Shown: positions 12,919 to 25,053 of the stretch, piece after piece | How positions within the stretch are numbered: the stretch's first letter is position 1 | Layout of the letters: each line of letters begins with the position of its first letter | DNA from: Macrostomum lignano | Taxonomy: Eukaryota | Assembly: GCA_002269645.1 (NCBI GenBank) | Contig: NIVC01001409.1 | Span: 230,859-294,858 of the forward strand | Direction: 5' to 3' | DNA length: 64,000 bases | Program-made: the position numbers and the translations under genes | Notes under the pieces: model-generated | The model's input: the letters and a program-made list of their open reading frames with translations, nothing else | Database searches by the model: none | Told to the model about the DNA's origin: nothing

Positions 12919-15900
12919 TCAATAATAGGCAGCGGCGCGCCGGCGCCGGCGGCCCCCGACGTCGCGCAGCAGGCCGATGATCGAATCCTCGTCATCTTCG
13001 TCAAGATCGAGCGTATCGCCAGCCGACATCTCGTCGGAGCGCCGAAGGTCGCCGGCGATGCGACGCAGCAGGCGCTCGTGTGCGGCCTCGCGTCGGCGAA
13101 GCTGGCGACGCTCGCTGGCCAGCAGCTCGGCCAGGAGGGCCAGGCGGCCCTTCATGTCGGCCGCCGCGTCTCTGGCCTGCCGCTGCTGCTGAGGCGGCGG
13201 CTCGCAAGGCGGCCGCAGCTGAACTCGACGAACTCCGGCGGCTTCGGTGCCAACGACAGGCGTCGGCTGTGGCAGCCAGGCCACCTGGTCGGCACGGAGC
13301 CGGCGGTGACGCCTTTGATGCGGCTGCGGCTGCTGTTGCTGCGGCTGCTGCTGTCGGCTGTTTCTGCCCGTCTCGCAGGGCGATCGGTCCTGGCAAACAT
13401 TAGCGAGGTTGAGCAGATTGTCGAGTGGGAGAGGCAGACTCTTGATAGTAATGGGAGATACGAAGGTGAGAGTCTATCAGATGGAAGATGAGATTCTATC
13501 AGATGAAGTGAGATTCTATCAGAAAGGAAGGTGAGATTCTATCAGATGAGGTGAGATTTTATCAGATGAAGTGAGATTCTATCAGAAAGGAAGGTGAGAT
13601 TCTATCAGATGAGGTGATATTCTATCCGATGAGGTGAGATTTTATCAGATGAGGTGAGATTTTATCAGATGGGAAGGAGATTCTATCAGATGAAGTTAGA
13701 TTTTATCAGATGAGGTGAGATTCCATCAGATGAGGTGAGCTTTTATCAGATGAGGTGAGATTCTATCAGATGAGGTGAGATTTTATCAGATAAGGTGAGA
13801 TTCTATCAGATGAGGTGAGATTTTATCAGATGAAGTGAGATTCTATCAGAAAGGAAGGTGAGATTCTATCAGATGAGGTGAGATTTTATCAGATGAAGCG
13901 AGATTCTATCAGAAAGGAAGGTGAGATTCTATCAGATGAGATGAGATTTTATCAGATGGGGTGAGTTTCTATCAGAAGGGAAGGTGAGATTCTATCAGAT
14001 GAGGTGATATTCTATCCGATGAGGTGAGATTTTATCAGATGAAGTGAGATTCTATCAGAAGGGAAGGTGAGATTCTATCAGATGAGGTTATATTCTATCC
14101 GATGAGGTGAGATTCCACCAGAAGGGAAGATGAGATTCTATCAGATGAGATGAGATTATATCAGATGAGGTGAGATTTTATTAGATGAAGTGAGATTCTA
14201 TAGGAAAGGAAGGTGAGATTCTATCAGATGAGGTGATATTCTATCCGATGAGGTGAGATTCTATCAGATGAGGTGAGATTTTATCAGATGGGGTGAGTTT
14301 CTATCAGAAGGGAAGGTGAGATTCTATCAGATGAGGTGATATTCTATCCGATGAGGTGAGATTCTATCAGAAGGGAAGGTGAGATTCTATCAGATGGGGT
14401 GAGATTGATGGGGTGAGGTGAGATTCTCAGAATCTCAGACAGAAAATTAAGACTCGAAGTGGTTGAGATGGATAGAAAAATGAAAATCCCAGCCAGCAAA
14501 ATTCAAATTTCTCATCTGAACGATGCCTTCATCGCTTGTGTCGCCGTTAGGGGCCGCCTCGGCATCCACGGCGGCGGCGGCGGCGGTGGCGGGCAGCGGA
14601 GTCTGCGGCAGCGGCCGGTCGGCTTGGCGCAGCTCGGCCAACCGTTTCGCCAGCTCGTTGATCTCCGCGGCCTGGCCAGCGATTCTGTCCAGCTGGTCAG
14701 TCAGCCTGCCGTTCAGATTCTCATTCTGCTTTAATTGCTGCTTTTGGAACACTGCCGGGCTGGTGCCGGCATCTTTCAACTCGGCTGGCTGGCCTCTCCG
14801 GCAGTTCAGGTGCAGCGCAACTGACGGACTGAAATGGTGGTACAGGTGATGCAGGCGCTGCTGATGAAGCTGGTGCTGCAGCTTCCGGCTTGTCTGCTGC
14901 TTGGACCGCCGCTTTAACTGCTGCTGCTGCTGCGGGCGCTCCGCTTGCGACTGAAAGAAAACGCGAATTTTTGGATTGAAAATCTGACAGTATGACTGCT
15001 TTTGATGGGTTCTCATGGACAGGTACGAAGGGACAGGTTCTCATGGACAGGTACGAAAGGACAGTTTCTCACGGACAGGTACAAAGGGACAGTTTCTCAC
15101 GGACAAGTACGAAGGGACAGTTTCTCACGGACAAGTACGAAGGGACAGTTTCTCACGGACAAGTACGAAGGGACACGTTCTCATGGACAGGTACTAAAGG
15201 ACAGGTTTTCATAGACAGGTACTAAAGGACAGGTTCTCATGGACAGGTACTAAAGGACAGGTTCTTGTGGACAGGTATAAAACAGCTGCTTATTGAAGAT
15301 GGCAATTTTAAAGAGTAATGATAAGAGAATGATGGCTTGTCAACAGACTAAAACCGATACTATGGTCAGGGACTGGGCCAGAGGCAGGCTCAAGAGATAC
15401 CCAGAAAGCAGAAAGTACCTCTTCCAATTGCGTCTCAGCCGTGACATCGCCACCATCGCCGCCAGCTGAGCGACCCACCAAGAATTCCATGAGGCCGTGA
15501 AAGATCTCCAGCAGATTGCGGATAGCCTCGTAGTTGCCGGACATCAGGTCGGCAGGGCGGATGTGCGACAGTGACACGTGAAGAACATCGTTAGCTAGGC
15601 TGTCAATCACGCAAGCCAAGTTGTGTCGCAGGTCCGCCTAAAATTTTAAAGGTGAGAAGGGAATTAGGGTGTTGCTTGAAGGGAACAGCGCCTACTGTAT
15701 GCAAGCTGGGGTTGTTGCTAAAAATAGAACAGCGCCTACTGTCTGCAAGCTGTTGTTGTTGCTAAAAATAGAACAGCGCCTACTGTCTGCAAGCTGTTGT
15801 TGTTGCTAAAAATAGAACAGCGCCTACTGTCTGCAAGCTGGGGTTGTTGCTTAAAATAGAACAGCGCCTACTGTCTGCAAGCTGGGGTTGTTGCTAAAAA

Positions 15901-16570
15901 TAGAACAGCGCCTACTGTCTGCAAGCTGGGGTTGTTGCTTAAAATAGAACAGCGCCTACTGTCTGCAAGCTGGGGTTGTTGCTAAAAATAGAACAGCGCC
16001 TACTGTCTGCAAGCTGTTGTTGTTGCTAAAAATAGAACAGCGCCTACTGTCTGCAAGCTGTTGTTGTTGCTAAAAATAGAACAGCGCCTACTGTCTGCAA
16101 GCTGGGGTTGTTGCTTAAAATAGAACAGCGCCTACTGTCTGCAAGCTGGGGTTGTTGCTAAAAATAGAACAGCGCCTACTGTCTGCAAGCTGTTGTTGTT
16201 GCTAAAAATAGAACAGCGCCTACTGTCTGCAAGCTGGGGTTGTTGCTTAAAATAGAACAGCGCCTACTGTCTGCAAGCTGGGGTTGTTGCTAAAAATAGA
16301 ACAGCGCCTACTGTATGCAAGCTGGGGTTGTTCTAAAAATAGAACAGCGCCTACTGTATGCAAGCTGAGGATACCGCTCACCTGGGTCACAGCAGGCCGG
16401 ATCATCCCAACCCGGCAGTCGCAGCAGATCGCTTCAAACAGCTGCACTAAGAGCTCCGGCCCAATGTCGGTCAGGCTGCTCACTTGGCCAGGCAGGTCAA
16501 GGTTCATTAGAAGGTCATTTGCCATGGCAACATAGTGCTGCTCACCCAGCTGCTGCTGCCACTCCTCCAT
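12919..16570 (-). CDS. CEP95: CEP95-like centrosomal protein (N-terminal CH-like/DUF5745 region), ~437 aa, 4 exons
   Basis: Exons 16570-16382, 15637-15419, 14950-~14516 and 13389-12919. The first three joins are phase 0. VIDSLANDVLHVSLSHI...EAIRNLLEIFHGLMEFL matches my recollection of the CEP95 N-terminus (VIDSLALDYLQVSLSHI...IKNLLEIFDGLLEYL). The exon 3 donor and the assignment of exon 4 are less certain. An alternative ATG lies at 16585. Confidence 0.72.
13478..14430. repeat. 20/23-24-bp minisatellite filling CEP95-like intron 3
   Basis: Units ATCAGATGAGGTGAGATTCT and ATCAGAAAGGAAGGTGAGATTCT interspersed. Confidence 0.96.
15012..15278. repeat. 28-bp minisatellite in CEP95-like intron 2
   Basis: Unit GGACAGGTACGAAGGGACAGGTTCTCAT, ~9-10 copies. 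Confidence 0.95.
15682..16366. repeat. 44-bp minisatellite filling CEP95-like intron 1
   Basis: Unit GCTGGGGTTGTTGCTAAAAATAGAACAGCGCCTACTGTCTGCAA, ~15 copies. Confidence 0.97.
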
Positions 16571-17179
16571 GACCCGAAGTAGCATGAAGTTCAATTTTTT
16601 TTATGAAGAACGGAAGTCAACAACCTAAAACTTCTTTCTGTATAAGATATCAAAATAAAAAAGCGAAAATACTTTTATATATCCAATAATAATAATAACA
16701 TCAAAAAATTAAAACAGAGAAATCCATATGTATTTTATACAGAAAAGAAAATTCAAACAAAAATGTTGGTACTTCAACAGCAATATTTACTCATTGGAAG
16801 CGAAGACAGCCTTTTGGACAGCACTAAAACCTGGCCTGCAATTGAGTTGGTCAACAATGTGAGATCTGTCATATATTTTGCACAGGAAAGGGAGAAAACC
16901 TCACAACATTTCAGTATGTAAAAAATGCTAAACATCAAGCAGAATAGCTTAGAAGATTGAACATCAAGAAGGGAATGCTCATAAATACAATAGGAATGCC
17001 TCAATGTTAACTGGTATTGCCTGGATGAAAATATGCTAATGACTGTCACCATAAATATACTGCATGCTGAGATCTGCGATTGTGGCTAATGCTGACAAAA
17101 ATTAAAATTTCATTTGGGGTTAAAGGCTACTGCAGTCTGATCTAGAGATAAGTCTATAAAATATCCTGCTATGTTCAAG

Positions 17180-18365
17180 GAATAAACCTAGAGAATATTC
17201 CACTCTGATCTCGGGATAAATTTAGAGAATATCTCACTCTGATCCAGGGACAAATCTAGAGAATATCCCACTCTGATCCAGGGACAAATCTAGAGAATAT
17301 CCCACTCTGATCCAGGGACAAATCTAGAGAATATCCCACTCTGATCTAGGGACAAATCTAGAGAATATCACTCTGATCTAGGGACAAATTTAGAGAATAT
17401 TCCACTCTGATCTAGGGATAAATTTAGAGAATATCCCACTCTGATCTAGGGATAAATTTAGAGAATATCCCACTCTGATCTAGGGATATATTTAGAGAAT
17501 ATCCCACTCTGATCTAGGGATATATTTAGAGAATATCCCACTCTGATCTAGGGATATATTTAGAGAATATCCCACTCTGATCTAGGGATATATTTAGAGA
17601 ATATCCCACTCTGATCTAGGGATATATTTAGAGAATATTTCACTCTGATCTAGGGATAAATTTAGAGAATATCCCACTCTGATCTAGGGATAAATTTAGA
17701 GAATATTTCACTCTGATCTAGGGATAAATTTAGAGAATATCCCACTCTGATTTAGGGATATATTTAGAGAATATCACTCTGATCTAGGGATAATTTAGAG
17801 AATATCCCACTCTGATCTAGGAATATATTTAGAGAATATCCCACTCTGATCTAGGGATAAATTTAGAGAATATCCCACTCTGATCTAGGGATATATTTAG
17901 AGAATATCCCACTCTGATCTAGGGATATATTTAGAGAATATCCCACTCTGATCTCTAGGGACAAACCTAGAGAATATCCCACTCTGATCTAGGGATAAAT
18001 TTAGAGAATATTTCACTCTGATCTAGGGATAAATTTAGAGAATATCCCACTCTGATCTAGGGATATATTTAGAGAATATCCCACTCTGATCTAGGGATAA
18101 ATTTAGAGAATATCCAACTCTGATCTAGGGAAAATCTAGAGAATATCCAACTCTGATCTAGGGAAAATCTAGAGAATATCCAACTCTGATCTAGGGATAA
18201 ATCTATATAATATCCCATATTCCACTCTGATCTAGGGACAAATCTAGAGAATATCCAACTCTGCTCAAGGGACAAATCTATTTAACATCCCATATCCCAC
18301 TCTGATCTGGGGACAAATCTATATAATATCCAATATCTCACTCTGATCCAGGGACAAATCTGAAA
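17180..18365. repeat. 34-bp minisatellite between TBC1D16 and the CEP95-like gene
   Basis: Unit CTAGGGATAAATTTAGAGAATATCCCACTCTGAT, ~35 copies. Each unit has a GGGATA...TATCCC inverted repeat. Confidence 0.97.
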
Positions 18366-18463
18366 TCACTATTATGGGATTAAAGGATACCAGCTAGGGA
18401 TAGATCTAACAAAATGCCACTCAGAATACAGGGGCCGAATTAGATCCCAGAGCTCCCAAGTCG

Positions 18464-21400
18464 TCAGCGCAGGTAACTGCAACTGTGTGGCCTGTCCGGA
18501 CAGCGGACAATCGGCAGGTGTCCGGAGTCCCACATGCCCGGGCCGCAGCGGTGGCAGAGCCCGGCCAGGGCGCAGGGCAGGGCCGGCAGGGCGCGGAACC
18601 TGGCCAGCAGGCGGCGGGCTCGCCGGAGCAGCGGCGCGGCCTCCATGCGGCCGGCCAGCTGGGAGAAGTACATCAGCGCCTCGTCGGCCGGCAGGCGCTT
18701 CTCGGCGCAGTAATCTCCGTAGGCGTCGATGACGGCCAGGCAGAGGAACAGGTGAAAATAGTCGGTGACGCAGTGCGCCCAGCAGCACTCCCATAGGCGC
18801 AGCGTTTCTTCTAGGGGGAATTCCCGCTTGAAGCAGAGAATCATCCAGCGGTGGCAGTAGAGCAGGTCGGGGTCGCCGATGCTCCTGTGGGATCAAGGGG
18901 GAATGAGATGTACTGGAGAGTAGCCAATCAGAATGCAAACTGACTGACCAATCAGAGCAGAGGATGACTGTAAACACACTGACCAATCAGAGCAGAGGAT
19001 GACTGCAAACACACTGATCAATCAGAGCAGAGGATGACTGTAAACACACTGACCAATCAGAGCAGAGGATGACTGCAAACACACTGACCAATCAGAGCAG
19101 AGGATGACTGCAAACACACTGACCAATCAGAGCAGAGGATGACTGCAAACACACTGACCAATCAGAGCGGAGGATGACTGCAAACACACTGACCAATCAG
19201 AGCGGAGGTTGACTGCAAACACACTGACCAATCAGAGCAGAGGATGACTGCAAACACACTGACCAATCAGAGCAGAGGATGACTGCAAACACACTGACCA
19301 ATCAGAGCGGAGGTTGACTGCAAACACACTGACCAATCAGAGCGGAGGTTGACTGCAAACACACTGACCAATCAGAGCGGAGGTTGAATGCAAACACACT
19401 GACCAATCAGAGCGGAGGTTGACTGCAAACACACTGACCAATCAGAGCGGAGGTTGACTGCAAACACACTGACCAATCAGAGCGGAGGTTGACTGCAAAC
19501 ACACTGACCAATCAGAGCGGAGGTTGACTGCAAACACACTGACCAATCAGAGCGGAGGTTGACTGCAAACACACTGACCAATCAGAGCGGAGGTTGACTG
19601 CAAACACACTGACCAATCAGAGCGGAGGTTGACTGCAAACACACTGACCAATCAGAGCGGAGGTTGACTGCAAACACACTGACCAATCAGAGCGGAGGTT
19701 GATTGCAAACACACTGACCAATCAGAGCGGAGGATGACTGCAAACCCACTGACCAAGACCAATAAGGTTTAGTCAATGCTTAGATCACAAGACAACTCAC
19801 AAAAATTAACACTAATCCAAAAACCCAGATGCCTTCGTACGCGCACCTGCAGTACTCATAGTAGCCAGGCCGCATAAGCAGCAACAGGTGCCGCAGCTGG
19901 TTCAGCTGACTATCCATGCCAGCATCGGTGGGCGCGGAGAAGAAGTGCCCAGCACGGACCAGCCGCTCGAAGCAGTAGTAGGCCTCAGCGTCCGAGTTGA
20001 GCACCATGAGCAGCGGGCTGAGCAGCTCAGTCATAGCCTGAAAGGTTTTGTATTTACTTGCATCGGATTCTATGGTGCTATGCTCAGATGGGATGGCGCT
20101 ATGCTCAGATGGGATAGCACCATGCTCAGATGGGATGGCGCCATGATCAGATGGGATGGCGCTATGCTCAGATAGAATGGCGCTACCCCCGATGCTCAGA
20201 TGATGAGATGGGATGGCGCCATGCTCAGATGGGATGGCGCTATGCTCAGATGGGATGGCACCATGCTCAGATGGGATGGCGCTATGCTCAGATGGGATGG
20301 CGCTATGCTCAGATACGATGGTGCTATGGTCAGGTAAGATGGCGCTATGCTCAGATGGGATGGCGCTATGCTCAGATGGGATGGCGCCATAATCAGATGG
20401 GATGGCGCTATGCTCAGATGGGATGGCGCTATGCTCAGATACGATGGTGCTATGCTCAGGTAAGATGGCGCTATGCTCAGATGGGATGGCGCTATGCTCA
20501 GATGGGATGGCGCCATGATCAGATGGGATGGCGCTATGCTCAGATGGGATGGCGCTATGCTCAGATACGATGGTGCTATGCTCAGGTAAGATGGCGCTAT
20601 GCTCAGGTAAGATGGCGCTATGCTCAGGTAAGATGGCGCTATGCTTAGGTAAGATGGCGCTATGCTCAGATAGGATGGCGCTATGCTCAGATGGGATGGC
20701 GCTATGCTCAGATGGGATGGCGCTATGCTCAGATACGATGGTGCTATGCTCAGGTAAGATGGCGCTATGCTTAGGTAAGATGGTGCTATGCTCAGGTGGG
20801 ATGGCGCTCCTAGTGCATAAATCTTCCAGCGGCAACCCCCCTTGATTTCGAACCCGGCACCTCACCTGCACGTATCCCAAATCGCGATTATCAAAGGCAA
20901 AGTCCAGGAGCAGTTCGCGCAGCCGCTGCTCCCCGCCGCTGTCCCCGTCACTGTAGAAGGCCTGGTCCCGATCTGCCCGGCTCACGTCGCGATCCACGGC
21001 CGCCTCCACCCGCCTGGCAAATTCGTCGGGCGCCGCGGCAAGCCGTCGCTCGCGAATGCCGGCTAGGCGGCTCTCCAGCTGGCCGCGCAGCAACCGCCTT
21101 TGACCGTCCGAGGCGCCGGCCGGGTACAGGCCGATCAGCAGCGGCCACACCCGCTGCCGGGCCGCCGGCTCCACGCCGCCAAGGAACACCGCTCGGCGCA
21201 ATCCTGTGAGGTCCTCAACGCAGCCGTCTGCGTCGGCGAAGTCGCGCTGGAACATCGTCAAAGTCAGCGCCGGCCCGCCGGCTTCAGCCTCGGCCTCGGC
21301 GCCGGCCAGGGCCGGCCCGAAATCGGCAAGGGCGTCGAAGGCGGGCGTCGGCGCGGCTGGAGGCGGCGAGGTGGACGCGGGCGCGGTCGAATAGGCGACA

Positions 21401-22767
21401 TAGCAGGGTCGGCGGCGCGCCGGTCGGAAGGCGTCCAGCCGGGAGTCGAGCAGCTGGGCGAGACGGCGCAGGCCGCCACGGTGGAAGTGCAGCAGCTTAA
21501 GCTGCCACTCGCTGCTCTGGATGACGGCGTGGCCGCAGTCTTCAACGATGGAGCCGTCCGAGCGGTCGCCGGAGCCGGCCTCGGCGGACAGCAGGACGCG
21601 CCGGACGGCCATCAGGTTGCAGTGGAACACCGAGGGCCGCCGGTGCTCATCCGCGCCGCTGCTCGCCGTTGCCCAAGAAGACGTGCCTGTAGTGGGATTT
21701 TGGCGCGTATTTAAATTGATTAATAAGCACTGTAAAACTTTAAAATATATTGTTACCAGAGACTCAGTCACAAATCGAAACTACAGAATCCCTCAGCTTA
21801 AGTATTCAGTTAATTCATCATTATCAATCCAAACTTCCAGTCCATCAGCTTCATCATTGTGAATCCGAAATTCCTGAATCCATCAGCTTCATCATTTTGA
21901 ATCGAAACTTGCAGAATCCCCAGCTTCATCATTCTCAATCTAAACTTTTAATTTTAGGATCATTGTGAATACAAACTTCCAGAATCCCCCAACTTCTTAT
22001 CATTGTTTGTGAATCTAAACTTTCAGAATCCCCCACCTTCATCATTGTTTGTGAATGTAAACTTCCAGAATCCCCAGCTTCATCATTATCAATCTAAACT
22101 TTTAGTTTTAGGATCCCCCAGCTTCATCATTGTGAATCTAAGCTTCCAAAATCCCCTTGAGTCATAATTTTTTGTGAATCTAAGCTCCCAGAATCTCCCA
22201 GCTTCATCGTTGTTTGTGAATCCAAACTTCCAGAATCTCCCAGCTTTATAATTGCGAATCTAAACTTCCAGAATCCCCAGAGCTTCATCACTGCGAATCC
22301 AAGCTTCCAGAATCCCAGCTTCATCATTGTGAATACAAATTTCCAGAACCTCCTAGCTTCTTTATAATTGCGAATTTAAGCTCCCAGAATGCCAATTTAC
22401 ATCATATTGAAACAAAGAACTACAGATTCGCACCATCAGACGATGATGAAGAGCCAGTAGACAATGTGGGAGACTGGGCATCAGATTTTGCCTCGGGCTT
22501 TGCATCAGCCGATGCCTGCTTCTTCAGCCGACGATTCGGCGTCCATTTGAGCAGAAAGTCGCCCTTTGAGTACTCGATGCACAGGTAGCCCTGGTGATGC
22601 ACCGTTTCCGTAGCTACCTGGCCTTCGGAATGCACGCAGACATTGTTTTTTGAATAGACAATTTCTCCATCAATGTAAGGCGACTGTCTTAACTGCTGCT
22701 CCAGTGGCCATTTGCGCAGAAGATTGCCAGCCCGCTGTTTCAAGCTGCTGTAGAGTGCAGACGCCAT
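18464..22767 (-). CDS. TBC1D16: TBC1 domain family member 16 (Rab-GAP), ~588 aa, 4 exons
   Basis: Exons 22767-22434, 21686-20866, 20037-19847 and 18884-18464 with consistent phases (1,0,2). N-terminal DGEIVYSKNNVCVH...HHQGYLC, arginine finger VDRDVSRADR, glutamine finger GYVQ, YCHRWMILCFKREF, and C-terminal CGPGMWDSG typical of TBC1D16. Confidence 0.92.
18922..19755. repeat. 35-bp minisatellite filling TBC1D16 intron 3, one CCAAT box per unit
   Basis: Unit CAAACACACTGACCAATCAGAGCGGAGGTTGACTG, ~24 copies. Confidence 0.97.
20065..20810. repeat. 21-bp minisatellite filling TBC1D16 intron 2
   Basis: Unit GATGGGATGGCGCTATGCTCA. It reads (PSEHSAI)n without stops in the host gene frame. Confidence 0.97.
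21780..22400. repeat. Degenerate ~37-40-bp tandem repeat in TBC1D16 intron 1
   Basis: Recurrent GAATCCCCAGCTTCATCATTGTGAATCTAAACTTCCA-like units with many substitutions and indels. Confidence 0.85.
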
Positions 22768-23799
22768 GACTGGCTGAACTGCTCACTGGTGGCTCGCAGA
22801 TGCCTTAGCTGGAAAGTTCTATTTTTTAGTTATATAAAATGTAGAATTCTGATCCCAGAATTCTGCAGAACAGGGAAAATTCTCGTGTGCAATAAGGTCC
22901 TAGGCAGTCTAGTACTGCATGCACAACATGCATCAATGAGTTGGCAAAGTTTTTTGGTGTGTTCCTTGCAGCAGTGCATGCTAAAAAGTTTTTGGGATGA
23001 CATCACTGCCAAAGTCATGTACTGTGCTACATAGAAATTTTTAGGGTCTTGAGTGATGACAATGATATTTTTCATTTTTAGGTAAAAAAGAATAACATTA
23101 TTTAGGTCACTACAAAATTCAAGCATTTTTAAAATGTAAAAGTGTTATTCATTTGCATCTTGCTTAAAAGTTTGGAATACTTTTTCTAGCATTGAAGACC
23201 TACTATAGTAGCTTTGTGTGCATGTATTATAACCCCCTCATCCCAGTCCACTAGTCCACTGGCACATACTATGCAGATTTGATCTTACTCTCCCATATGC
23301 AGCATCCAAGACAAAAAAAAATTCTTGCATACACAATGCATACTTGGGACTATAGCACCTAGGAAGATGGCTGCCTACTTAAAATACCTTCATATATACA
23401 CAACAGTTGGCCGAGTTGGCCAATCCAACTGACCAATTTGGCGGCCAACAAAGTAAGTTACAAAAATTCCCACCTGAAAAAACACCCAAGTAGTAGTACT
23501 AAGTAGCTGATGAGGCATTTTGTCTTAATAAGATAGTCATAGTTACTCCTGCCGTTTACCCAAAGTTGCGTTAATTTTGCTTTAGGGTTTTTTACATGTA
23601 AGTCACATTTTTGGCCAAAACCTATGAACTGCATTTTTGTTGAAACTTAGTTGCACAGCCGACCAAATTTTGGAGGTTGCGCTTTTATGAATACCTTGAT
23701 AAAATATATTGTGCCTCCAAAAACCAAAGTTTGTGCCCCTAAATTTGACTTTTGCTCCATACACATTTATGGTTTCTAAACTTTTTTGTCTCTTAAATG

Positions 23800-24671
23800 T
23801 AGAGCTCGAACGGGATCCCAATCCCGATCTCGAATTCTCGGGATCCCGAAGATTTTTCGGGAATTCGGGATTGGGATCCCAAAGGCTTAGAGAACTTGGG
23901 ATTCGGGAGCACAATAGATTAATAATGAAGATGATGCTTTCAACAATCAAGAGCAGTAATCAATACTAAGCTAATTTTTGTAACAGCAACTATAAATATG
24001 TTGAAAGTCTGACCTTGAATTCACCAAATAAAGCAGCAGATTTTTACTTAGTAACAGATTTGTAAAGAGTTGTACTCGTAAATAACAAACTAACGAGTAA
24101 TGATAGTTTGTTAGGAATAAACAAATTTAATGCTTGTTCCTACGATTCGTACGACAGAAACTAAAGTGTCTGTAGAAGTGTCTGAATAAGTGTCGGCGAA
24201 TGTTTAATACATTTTTCATGAAGCGATTCCAGAAACAGAATTTTACAAGAAAAAGCAGTATAACTAACGCAATTCAATATTACATTAATGCAGAACAGTC
24301 GCCTTTCGTGCGATTTTTAGCCACCTTGTAACTCTTACTTTCAGAAAAAGTCTACAATGGCTCTTGATTCCTTTTTATTTAGGCGCTCGAAAGTTAGCTA
24401 TACTTTGCAAAAAGGGTCTGGATCAAGAATTGACAATTAGTATTGACTATTAGGGCATTAGGCTAGAGCTATTAGATCAACCATCAAGGCTGAATAGCAT
24501 AGATAGTCAGATAAAACTATCCTTGAATCCTTGATTCATTAGTTAGTAAGTAATATATTCCCAGATCCCGGATTCCCAAATCCCGAATACTAATCCCGAA
24601 TCCCAATCCCAAAATTATTTTCAATCTGGATCCCGCCCGATCCCGAAAATTCTGCTCCCGTTCGAGCTCTA
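23800..24671. mobile_element. Non-autonomous hAT-type DNA transposon, 872 bp
   Basis: Perfect 16-bp TIR TAGAGCTCGAACGGGA (23800-23815) / TCCCGTTCGAGCTCTA (24656-24671). Identical 8-bp flanks CTTAAATG at 23792-23799 and 24672-24679. Subterminal ATCCCG/CGGGAT repeats at both ends. No transposase ORF. Confidence 0.88.
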
Positions 24672-25053
24672 CTTAAATGCATATTTATACTTTTTAGCTT
24701 AAAATATTGCCACTCCAAACTTGGATTGCCCTCTTTCCAAAAATGAAATTCTAGATCTACCACTGCTAGAATATATAATAGCCTTATATAACTTGATAAG
24801 AAAATGTTAAAATTAAAACTGTATATATAATTAAAAATAACAAATAAAAAAATAGTTAAACTTATAAATTGGAATATATATTTTATTGATGTTATTTTTT
24901 TATTCATTACATTTTTATAATTAAATATTTAGCTTAGGCCTAATTAATTATATATTATACCAAAAGTTTAGACTAAACCTGTTATTATTAATCTAACAAA
25001 ACTTTGTCTTTGACTAGGCCTATCTATGATTGCAAATTGCAATATATAAACAT

